A program made the position numbers and the translations under genes. The notes beneath the pieces were generated by a model. That model was given only the letters and a program-made list of their open reading frames with translations. It did not search any database and was not told where the DNA came from. DNA of 64,000 nucleotides from an uncultured Candidatus Saccharibacteria bacterium (GTDB lineage: Bacteria; Patescibacteriota; Minisyncoccia; Phycocordibacterales; UBA9973): NCBI GenBank assembly GCA_964602465.1, contig CAZRQQ010000001.1, positions 253 through 64,252 on the forward strand, in the 5' to 3' direction. Every line of letters starts with the position of its first letter. Position 1 is the first letter of the stretch. Below, in pieces: positions 8,783-16,588 of the stretch.

Positions 8783-8886
8783 CGTAATAATCCCCTATCT
8801 TGGGGATTATTTTTATCTCCCTACCAATTGGTGGGGAGATTTATTTCACCTTTTATAAAAACTATGGTATTGGTATCATACTAAAC

Positions 8887-11373
8887 ATGGTAAAAAAATA
8901 CGCGACACACCTAAACAAATGGCAGAAGATCGGGATCGGTCTCACGGGATTTATTCTTTTTATGGGCGGCGTTGGCTTCCTTTGGGCAGCAACGATACGG
9001 CTTCCAGATATCTCCACGTTTGAGGCACGCAAAATTGCAAACTCATCCAAGATCACTGACCGCAATGGTGTTGTGCTGTATGACATCAACCAAGGCGTGC
9101 GTCGTACCGAGATCCCTTTTGAAGAGATGGGTGACAACATCAAGCACGCAGTAGTCGCAATCGAGGACGCGCATTTCTATACCCACAAAGGCATTCGCCC
9201 AACATCGATCATTCGTGCAGTGTTTGCAAATATCACGAGCGGATCGTTTTCTCAGGGAGGCTCAACACTCACCCAGCAGATCATCAAAAACACCCTTCTC
9301 AACCAAGACAAGACGGTGGTGCGCAAATTCAAAGAATGGGTGCTCGCACTCAAGCTTGAGCGACAATTCACCAAGGACCAGATCCTTGCGATTTACCTCA
9401 ACGACGCACCGCTCGGAGGGACCATGTATGGCGTCGAAGAAGCATCGAAGTCGTTTTACGGTATCCCTGCAAAGGAAATGTCAGTCGCACAAGCAGCGTA
9501 TCTTGCTGCGATCATGCCCGCGCCTTCGTACTACTCTCCGTTTGGCAAACATAAAGACAAGCTCGACGAACGCAAAAATCTCGTGCTCTCCAAAATGCGC
9601 CAGTACGGCTACATTACCGAAGAGGTATATCAAACTGCAAAAGCTGAAGTGGTGACATTTAACGTATCAGCATCCAACAGCATCAAAGCGCCCCATTTCG
9701 TCTTTTGGGTACTCGACTATCTCGAAGAAAAATATGGCAAGGATGTGATGGAATCCGGTGGCTTCACAGTCAAAACAACGATTGACTATGAACTTCAGCA
9801 AAAAGCTGAGGCTGCAATTACCAAGTACGCCGAGACAAATCTCAAAAACTACAACGCGTCCAACAGTGCACTCGTCGCTATCGATCCAACGACCGGGCAA
9901 ATCCTCGCAATGGTCGGTTCCAAAGATTATTTCAACAAAGACATTGATGGTGCATACAACATCGCAACGGCGCAGCGACAGCCGGGTTCATCATTCAAAC
10001 CATTCGCGTACCTCACTGCGTTTACCAAGGGTTACACACCGGACACTATACTCTTCGATGTGCCAACTGAGTTTTCGACCAACTGTCCAGCGATTACCGT
10101 CGCAACTCCCCCAAATGAAAACTGTTATCACCCACAAAACTTCGACGGTAAATTCAAAGGTCCACTCAGTATGCGAAGTTCTCTTGCAGAATCACGCAAC
10201 GTACCGTCAGTGAAAACCCTCTATCTTGCGGGACTTGATGATGTCGTCGATACCGCGCACAAACTTGGCATTACCACACTCCAAGACCCGAAACAGATTG
10301 GGCTTTCTCTTGTGCTTGGTGGAGGTGAAGTATCACTCTTGGACATGACGAGTGCGTATTCAGTATTTGCAAATTCCGGTGTTCGCAACCCAGCAACAGG
10401 CATACTTGAGATCACTGACAAAAACGGCAAAATAATGGAAGAATTTACACCTGATGCACACGAAGTAATGGAAAAAAACGCAATTCTTACACTCAACGAC
10501 GTGCTCTCTGACCCGGTTGCCCGTACACCGACCTTTGGAAGTTCTATCACGATCCCGGGCGTAGCCGCAAAGACTGGTACTACCAACGACGATCGCGACG
10601 CGTGGATCATCGGGTACACACCGACAATCACCATTGGTGTATGGAGTGGCAACAACAACAACAAGTCGATGCGCTCAGGTGGTGCGGCAGTGTCTGGTCC
10701 GATCTGGAAAACATTGATGCAAGAATACCTTGCCGAGCATCCAGCACCTGCGTTTGAAAAACCAATTCCTGATGCCGACTATGATAGTTTGAAACCAATC
10801 CTCCGTGGTAAATGGATGGGTAATAACGTGGTCGAGATTGATAGCGTCACCGGTCTTCGTGCAACAGAAAACACTCCACGTGCATCAATCATTGAACGTG
10901 TCATTACTGATGTCCAAGATATCCTCTATTGGGTAGATAAAGACAACCCTCGTGGTCCAGTACCTACCAACCCAAACAAGGATCCACAGTTTCGTCTTTG
11001 GAATCCTCCAGTACAAGCATGGTGGCTCGCACATCAAGCGTCCTACGGCATCACTACAAATAACGACATTCCACTTAGTTATGACACTCTCCATGGTAAT
11101 GACGGGGCTACACTTACCCTATCCGGGCTTTCATCGGTGCTCAGGCGTGCTGATAGCGAAACAATCAAGGTTTCAAGTACGGGCCAGTACCCGCTTACCT
11201 CAGTTGATCTCTTTGTCGACAACAGCTTTATCACCACTCTCTCCTCTCCATTTCAATTTCGCTTTACCCCCGAAGACTACGGGTATACATCGGGCACACA
11301 TACACTGAAAGCTGTTGGTACAAATACTGTGTACTCAAAAAGCTCTACTGAGCTATCCTTTAGTGTTATCTAA
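8887..11373 (+). CDS. Class A penicillin-binding protein (transglycosylase/transpeptidase, PBP1A type)
   Basis: GT51 motifs AIEDAHFYTHKGI, GGSTLTQQ, RKFKEW. Transpeptidase motifs SSFKP (SxxK), SRN, KTGTT. Start trimmed to MVKKYATH (TATCAT 7 nt upstream). About 200 aa of extra C-terminal domain. Confidence 0.9.
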   Translation: MVKKYATHLNKWQKIGIGLTGFILFMGGVGFLWAATIRLPDISTFEARKIANSSKITDRNGVVLYDINQGVRRTEIPFEEMGDNIKHAVVAIEDAHFYTHKGIRPTSIIRAVFANITSGSFSQGGSTLTQQIIKNTLLNQDKTVVRKFKEWVLALKLERQFTKDQILAIYLNDAPLGGTMYGVEEASKSFYGIPAKEMSVAQAAYLAAIMPAPSYYSPFGKHKDKLDERKNLVLSKMRQYGYITEEVYQTAKAEVVTFNVSASNSIKAPHFVFWVLDYLEEKYGKDVMESGGFTVKTTIDYELQQKAEAAITKYAETNLKNYNASNSALVAIDPTTGQILAMVGSKDYFNKDIDGAYNIATAQRQPGSSFKPFAYLTAFTKGYTPDTILFDVPTEFSTNCPAITVATPPNENCYHPQNFDGKFKGPLSMRSSLAESRNVPSVKTLYLAGLDDVVDTAHKLGITTLQDPKQIGLSLVLGGGEVSLLDMTSAYSVFANSGVRNPATGILEITDKNGKIMEEFTPDAHEVMEKNAILTLNDVLSDPVARTPTFGSSITIPGVAAKTGTTNDDRDAWIIGYTPTITIGVWSGNNNNKSMRSGGAAVSGPIWKTLMQEYLAEHPAPAFEKPIPDADYDSLKPILRGKWMGNNVVEIDSVTGLRATENTPRASIIERVITDVQDILYWVDKDNPRGPVPTNPNKDPQFRLWNPPVQAWWLAHQASYGITTNNDIPLSYDTLHGNDGATLTLSGLSSVLRRADSETIKVSSTGQYPLTSVDLFVDNSFITTLSSPFQFRFTPEDYGYTSGTHTLKAVGTNTVYSKSSTELSFSVI

Positions 11374-11620
11374 TACGAGAAACGGTATATCCACGTGTTT
11401 GTAGTGCTTTAAAAAATGCGTCTTGTTTGAGCAGAAGTGCTGATTTGAGTGTCGGGTGAAGAGAAAGGGTAAGCACACCATCTTTGAGTGTCCCTATACT
11501 ATCTTCGGTGATAGTTGTACTGAGGATTTCTTGGATACTTTCGATCACTGCCTTTTTGTACGCAGTGTGTGCATCTATTTTTTGCTTAAGGCCGTTTAAG
11601 ATTTGATCGAAGATCGACAT
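11366..11620 (-). CDS. DUF721/DciA-like small protein
   Basis: 84 aa directly downstream of dnaN. DGVLTLSLHPTLKSALLLKQDAFFKALQ resembles the DUF721 pattern. Confidence 0.5.
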   Translation of the reverse strand: MSIFDQILNGLKQKIDAHTAYKKAVIESIQEILSTTITEDSIGTLKDGVLTLSLHPTLKSALLLKQDAFFKALQTRGYTVSRIR

Positions 11621-11637
11621 GGAACGATGTGGTTGTA

Positions 11638-12735
11638 TTAGCGGTTAACTGGCATCAAAAGATAGAGGAAGTTTGGATCATGTACTTCTTTGACGACAAT
11701 CGGCTTTGTTGGAAGGGTGAATGAAAGTGAGATACTATCTCCTCCAATTGCCTGGAATACATCAAGAAAATATTTGAGGTTGCAGACAACTTCAATTTGT
11801 TCCCCTTGGATCACCGCATCAACAAGAGACACTGATGACCCTACATCACTGTTTTTAGAACTGATTGTAATCTGTTTTTTGGTTGGGTCTACTGAAAATA
11901 CGACTTGAAGGAATTTATCTGCAAAGACCGTCGAGAGACGGAGGGTGTTGATAAGGTCTTGTTTCATTACTACAACTTTCGTCACTTCTTCTTTAGGAAT
12001 AATGAGTTGGTATGGAGGAAAGCCGCCATCGATAAGTCGTGTGGTGAAGTAGATGCCGTTACTTGAAAGAGAGAGTTGGTTGCGTGTATACGCGATACGT
12101 ACCGTCTCACCACATACTTCGAGTGCACGCAAAACATCGTTGATATTTTTATACGGAATAAGAATTTTTGAAATATCCGGAAGACCTTTGATGGGGATCT
12201 TTTTTTCTGCAAGTCGAAATGAGTCAGTTGCCACAATATAGAGCACCCCACCTTCGGCATAGAGATAGATACTTGAGATCTCCGGTTTGATCTCACTTAC
12301 CGCTGCTGCAAAATACACTGATCGGATTCCATCTTGAAGTACCACACTTTTAAACTCCACAACTTCTCCTTCGACAACTGGAAGACTCGGAAATTCATCT
12401 GATGGTAAAGATTTGATGACTGTTGTCGTTTTTTGAGACTGTATTGTAAGGTTGTCATGTTCAAGTGAAAGAGTAACATCTGTAGTACCACTGATCGCAT
12501 TACAGACATTTGCAACTACATCACCTTTGACTACCACTACCCCCTCCACTTCAATGGTCGCAGGAATTTCAATTTCAATTCCAACTGCAAGGTTAGTGGA
12601 ACGAACTTTTAAACTCTTGCCGCTTGCAGTGATATGGATAGCATGAAGTACCGGCAAGGTGAGTTGTTTACCACTCATACGATCTGCGAGGATCACCGCT
12701 TGTTTTAGTTTTTCTACTGCGCAAATTGCTTTCAT
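11638..12735 (-). CDS. dnaN: DNA polymerase III beta sliding clamp
   Basis: Three-domain length and typical motifs (LPVLHAIHI, ATDSFRLA, LLMPV). Downstream of dnaA. Start trimmed to MKAICAVEKL. Confidence 0.95.
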   Translation of the reverse strand: MKAICAVEKLKQAVILADRMSGKQLTLPVLHAIHITASGKSLKVRSTNLAVGIEIEIPATIEVEGVVVVKGDVVANVCNAISGTTDVTLSLEHDNLTIQSQKTTTVIKSLPSDEFPSLPVVEGEVVEFKSVVLQDGIRSVYFAAAVSEIKPEISSIYLYAEGGVLYIVATDSFRLAEKKIPIKGLPDISKILIPYKNINDVLRALEVCGETVRIAYTRNQLSLSSNGIYFTTRLIDGGFPPYQLIIPKEEVTKVVVMKQDLINTLRLSTVFADKFLQVVFSVDPTKKQITISSKNSDVGSSVSLVDAVIQGEQIEVVCNLKYFLDVFQAIGGDSISLSFTLPTKPIVVKEVHDPNFLYLLMPVNR

Positions 12736-12776
12736 ATTTTTTCTTTCTCTAATTTCCACGACCCATTAGTATAGAG

Positions 12777-12940
12777 TGTGGATTGTGGATATTTGGTATA
12801 AAATCCTTATAATACAAACCTTTTTTGGAATTATGATGTGTGGGTAACTTTTATAAATCTATAGAGTATGTATGTCCGTACTCTATCATACTTTTATTTA
12901 TACGCACGTATTCCTCAAGATAGCTAACAGTTTATCCCCA
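12777..12940. promoter_or_regulatory. DnaA-box cluster and AT-rich tract between dnaA and dnaN (candidate oriC part)
   Basis: TGTGGATTG 12777..12785, TGTGGATAT 12784..12792, TGTGGGTAA 12839..12847, TTATCCCCA 12932..12940. An AT-rich tract lies between them. Confidence 0.6.
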
Positions 12941-14287
12941 TCATTTAAACAAGATGCGGATATCTTCAAGTTCTTTCATGAGGTGTGGGTCGTTTTTAAG
13001 CTCTTCTTTGATTTTTTCATATGAATGAATGACGGTGGTATGATCCTTTCCACCAAGTTTTGCACCGATCGATGGGTATGATTCATTGAAATCTTCTCGA
13101 AGCATAAACATAATCACCTGTCGTGCTTTCACTATCTCTTTTCGGCGGGTCTTTTCGTAAATCACTCGTTCATCGAGGTTGTAGTATTCAGAAATACGCT
13201 TCACCACAGTGTCGATCGAGACGACTTTTTTGGTCTTCACATTGTTTTTAATAAGGGATTTGACCTCAGTAAGGGTGATTGGCTTCTGTTTGAGTTCAGA
13301 ATGCATACTTATAATATTGAGCACCCCTTCGAGTTCGCGGATGCTACCAGTAATCGCTCCGGCGATATAGAGCAAGACATCTTCAGAAAGTGGGTGGATG
13401 AGATGTGCACTCTTTTCTTTTACAATAGCAAGGCGACTTTCAAGTTCGGGTTCCTGGATGTCGATCGTCATACCAGCGTTAAATCTAGTCTTGAGACGGT
13501 CTTCGAGGCCGATGATGTGGTTGGGGTGTTTATCGGAGGAAAAAATAATATTTTTCCCTTGTTCATAGAGGGTGTTGAAAAGGTGGAAGAGCTCTGTCTG
13601 GGTCCCCTCCTTACCTGAGACAAACTGGATATCGTCAATAATAAGCACATCGAATTTGCGGTACTTCTCTCGGAAATTATTAGAACGATTGGTTTGTACT
13701 GATGTCGTATAGTCATTCATAAATTTCTCGGCAGTTGTATAAAAGACCTTTTTGTCTGGAAATGCGCGCTTTATTTCATTTCCCACTGCTTGAATAAGGT
13801 GTGTCTTGCCAAGACCGCTTGCGCTATAGAAGAAAAGTGGGTTGTAGGCATGTTGTGGATTCTTTACCACTGCCTGCGCTGCAGCATACGCGAGCTCGTT
13901 GAATGGGCCGACAATAAAGGTATCAAAGGTGTACCGAGGATTGAGGTTGTCGTCGCGGTTGATATAGAGCTGCTGCATCGGAAGCTCTTGTTTGGTGGTA
14001 TCGATTTTAGGAATAGGAGCTGCCTGAGGAGTAGTGATACTTCCGATAGTGAATTCTACTCCTCGAATATGATCAAGACGGTCTACAATCGTCTTTAAGA
14101 TCATCTTTTGGTACTTTGAAATCATCCATTCTTTGACGAACTCATTGGGCACGGTGATAAAGATAATACTATCCTCTTCTTTGGAAATACCAGTGTTTTT
14201 GAACCACGTAGTGAAATTGGCAGGAGTAACCTGGTTTTTAACGTCTTCGAGGCATGCGTCCCAGAGTTGTAGGAGGTCGGTATCCAT
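12941..14287 (-). CDS. dnaA: Chromosomal replication initiator DnaA
   Basis: Walker A SASGLGKTHL, LIIDDIQF, C-terminal DNA-binding GGKDHTTVIHSYEKI. ATG at 14287 preferred over GTG at 14296. Confidence 0.95.
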   Translation of the reverse strand: MDTDLLQLWDACLEDVKNQVTPANFTTWFKNTGISKEEDSIIFITVPNEFVKEWMISKYQKMILKTIVDRLDHIRGVEFTIGSITTPQAAPIPKIDTTKQELPMQQLYINRDDNLNPRYTFDTFIVGPFNELAYAAAQAVVKNPQHAYNPLFFYSASGLGKTHLIQAVGNEIKRAFPDKKVFYTTAEKFMNDYTTSVQTNRSNNFREKYRKFDVLIIDDIQFVSGKEGTQTELFHLFNTLYEQGKNIIFSSDKHPNHIIGLEDRLKTRFNAGMTIDIQEPELESRLAIVKEKSAHLIHPLSEDVLLYIAGAITGSIRELEGVLNIISMHSELKQKPITLTEVKSLIKNNVKTKKVVSIDTVVKRISEYYNLDERVIYEKTRRKEIVKARQVIMFMLREDFNESYPSIGAKLGGKDHTTVIHSYEKIKEELKNDPHLMKELEDIRILFK

Positions 14288-14308
14288 AGGTATCACTCAT
14301 CATACCGT

Positions 14309-14359
14309 ATATCCACAATATCTGTGAAAATGTGGATAAGATGTGAATACTGTGGATTA
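14309..14359. promoter_or_regulatory. DnaA-box cluster upstream of dnaA (candidate oriC part / dnaA autoregulation)
   Basis: ATATCCACA 14309..14317, perfect TGTGGATAA 14331..14339, TGTGGATTA 14351..14359. Confidence 0.7.
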
Positions 14360-14381
14360 TACAGAAATGGTTCACGCTCTC

Positions 14382-14467
14382 GCAAATTTGAGCATGTGCG
14401 CTCGAGCACCTGCCGAAGGCCGCCGGTCGAAGACCAAGACGCGCAGAGCGCACATGCTCAAATTTGC
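14382..14467. repeat. 22-bp perfect inverted repeat enclosing a 42-nt GC-rich core
   Basis: gcaaatttgagcatgtgcgctc (14382..14403) and gagcgcacatgctcaaatttgc (14446..14467). The core holds two GAA-loop mini-hairpins, gcc-gaa-ggc and ggtc-gaa-gacc. Confidence 0.85.
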
Positions 14468-14534
14468 TTGATTAGTGCAACAATATAGGACTATATTGCT
14501 TGATCGGAAAATATGGTGTATAGTGCGCCTACTT

Positions 14535-14669
14535 ATGTCACAAACCTACCAGCCAAACAAGCGAAAACGCGCAAAATCACACGGATTTCTCGTTCGAAGC
14601 GCTTCCCCTTCAGGCCGAAAGGTCCTCAAAGCTCGCCGCCATAAAGGTCGCGCAAAGATCGCCGTATAA
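14535..14669 (+). CDS. rpmH: 50S ribosomal protein L34
   Basis: [44 protein letters not shown] (44 aa). TATAGT lies 10 nt upstream. Confidence 0.9.
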   Translation: MSQTYQPNKRKRAKSHGFLVRSASPSGRKVLKARRHKGRAKIAV

Positions 14670-14682
14670 GGCGCCTCACATC

Positions 14683-15024
14683 ATGTTGCCGTCAAAAGAA
14701 CGGTTCTCTCGATCTCAATTCTCAGAATTCCTTGCAAATAAAGGGATTTTTGTCGTTTTCAACCGTCTCGGCACCCTCAAATACCTCCCCTCTAAAAGTA
14801 CCCAGCTCTCTGTGGTGACTAGTAGCAAGACCGAAAAGCGCGCAGTTGCCCGCAACAAACTCCGTCGCCGGATCTACGCAGTTGTTTTCTCAGAAAAGCC
14901 CCAGATTCAGGGTATAGTGTATGTATCCAAGCAAAGTTATGGACTCTCCTACCCCGAACTCAAAACCCTCACCCTCGACCTTTTGGCAAAGGCTGGTAAG
15001 AACAGTACACACACTCCCAAATAG
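14683..15024 (+). CDS. rnpA: Ribonuclease P protein component
   Basis: Follows rpmH. Basic KRAVARNKLRRRIY motif. Confidence 0.85.
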   Translation: MLPSKERFSRSQFSEFLANKGIFVVFNRLGTLKYLPSKSTQLSVVTSSKTEKRAVARNKLRRRIYAVVFSEKPQIQGIVYVSKQSYGLSYPELKTLTLDLLAKAGKNSTHTPK

Positions 15025-15253
15025 TCTCGCCATCGCGTTTATACGCATCTACAGAGCAATCTTTTCGCCAAGTGTAGGAATACTCCGCTATCTCCCCTTC
15101 TATCCGCGTCCATCCTGTATCTTTTATCCCACCTGTTCCGAATATGGGATCGAGGTCTTCAAAAAATACCCCTTTTTCACTGCCCTAAAGAAAACAACAA
15201 CCCGTATAGGCCGCTGTCATCCTGGAAATGAGCCAAAAGTGGATTTACCTTAG
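14921..15253 (+). CDS. yidD: Membrane protein insertion efficiency factor YidD (start uncertain)
   Basis: IRIYRAIFSP...CIFYPTCSEYGIEVFKKYP...RIGRCHP. The only in-frame ATG codons (14921, 14939) overlap rnpA by more than 80 nt. A CTG at 14993 is an alternative start. Confidence 0.75.
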   Translation: MYPSKVMDSPTPNSKPSPSTFWQRLVRTVHTLPNSLAIAFIRIYRAIFSPSVGILRYLPFYPRPSCIFYPTCSEYGIEVFKKYPFFTALKKTTTRIGRCHPGNEPKVDLP

Positions 15254-15756
15254 ATATAAATCTCTCCTTTTTCAATAATTCTGCCAGACCCATCTACTTT
15301 TGCAGGTTTGAACCGGAGCTCAGAAGGTGATTTTTGAAACACATCTGATGTATAGTTGAAACTTTTCATCAAAAAGTAGGTAGCGTTACTTTTTGCATAC
15401 TCCCAACCTCCATTTTTCGGTAATACTTCACCAGTTTTTGGGTTATATGAAAAGATGTAATCCGGATCATTTTGAACAGTACTGGTCTCTTTAATATTTT
15501 TGGTGTCAAAACTATCCCCTCCTTCAAAATACGAAAAAGATTTCTCGTATTCTTGATATGGAATACTTTCCAGACTTTTTTCTACAGAAATTTCTTGAGG
15601 AGCCGGTGCAGATGTGGTAATAGTTTGTTTTTCGGTAAGTTTTACTTGGAGTTTTTGAATAAGTGACTGAACTTCTTCAGCAGAAAACCCATTTGTTGAT
15701 TGTAGTATTGACTCGATTTGAGCCTCGTTGTTTGGTGTAAATTGTTCCATGTTCAT
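15250..15756 (-). CDS. Hypothetical protein (168 aa) on the opposite strand between yidD and yidC
   Basis: Start trimmed to MNMEQFTP, with TATACT 6 nt upstream. Confidence 0.5.
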   Translation of the reverse strand: MNMEQFTPNNEAQIESILQSTNGFSAEEVQSLIQKLQVKLTEKQTITTSAPAPQEISVEKSLESIPYQEYEKSFSYFEGGDSFDTKNIKETSTVQNDPDYIFSYNPKTGEVLPKNGGWEYAKSNATYFLMKSFNYTSDVFQKSPSELRFKPAKVDGSGRIIEKGEIYI

Positions 15757-15762
15757 AGGTGA

Positions 15763-15805
15763 AGTATAGCTCAAAAATAGACTTTTAAAACTCAAGCAGT
15801 ACAAT
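15763..15805. promoter_or_regulatory. Back-to-back -10 boxes for divergent, apparently leaderless genes
   Basis: Minus-strand TATACT (15763..15768) lies 6 nt before ATG 15756. Plus-strand TACAAT (15800..15805) lies 7 nt before ATG 15813. Confidence 0.45.
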
Positions 15806-15812
15806 ACACACC

Positions 15813-16514
15813 ATGCATACCATTTGGAATACCCTTATTTACAATCCTATCTACAACGCGCTCGTTTGGATCGCGCAGCATGTGACGATGCAGGACGTGG
15901 GACTTGCGGTGATCGTGCTTACGGTTGTCATCCGCTTCATCCTCATGCCGCTTTCCAAGAAAAGCATCCGAAGCCAGTACGCAATGCGCATGCTCGAGCC
16001 CAAGATCACCGCTATCAAGGCACGCAAGCTTTCAAAAGAAGAAGAAGCAAAGGAAACATTTGCGCTCTACAAATCCGAAGGAGTCAACCCATTTTCTGGC
16101 TGTCTCTATCTCCTCATCCAGCTCCCCATTCTCTTTGCACTCCTCTATGTCTTCCAAAACGGTGTGTATCAACCGACGCATCTCTATAGCTTCCTCAGTG
16201 CTGAGGGACTCAAAGAAACACTCCTCAATATCCTCGACATCACGAAGCCTTCGATTGTGCTCGCTGTGCTCGCCGGTGTGACGCAGGGTATCCAGGCATT
16301 CATCATGCCCAAACCTCCTACTTCCGGCGCTGAAGGATTCCAAGCGCAGTTTGCCAAGAGTATGTCAGTGCAGACGAGATATGTGCTCCCTCTCATTATT
16401 ATCTTTGCTGCAACTAAGTTCGCTGCCGCAGTTTCCCTCTACTGGACGATTACCAATATCTTTTCTATCGCACAAGAGCTCTACTTTAGAAAGCAGTTCA
16501 AGGTCAGTCAATAG
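15813..16514 (+). CDS. yidC: YidC/Oxa1-family membrane protein insertase (short form)
   Basis: LMPLSKKSIRSQYAMRMLEPKI...YKSEGVNPFSGCLYLLIQLPILFALLYVF...YWTITNIFSIAQ. Confidence 0.9.
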   Translation: MHTIWNTLIYNPIYNALVWIAQHVTMQDVGLAVIVLTVVIRFILMPLSKKSIRSQYAMRMLEPKITAIKARKLSKEEEAKETFALYKSEGVNPFSGCLYLLIQLPILFALLYVFQNGVYQPTHLYSFLSAEGLKETLLNILDITKPSIVLAVLAGVTQGIQAFIMPKPPTSGAEGFQAQFAKSMSVQTRYVLPLIIIFAATKFAAAVSLYWTITNIFSIAQELYFRKQFKVSQ

Positions 16515-16521
16515 TAATCAG

Positions 16522-16572
16522 GTAGTAGTTAGTAGGAACAAAAGATTAACGTTTATGTTTTCTACTAGCTAC
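16522..16572. repeat. TAGT-rich palindromic element, copy A (convergent yidC / secretion-block junction)
   Basis: Arms gtagtagttagtaggaac and gttttctactagctac are imperfectly complementary. Shares the TTCTACTA core. Confidence 0.6.
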
Positions 16573-16588
16573 GTATTGACCGCTCTAC

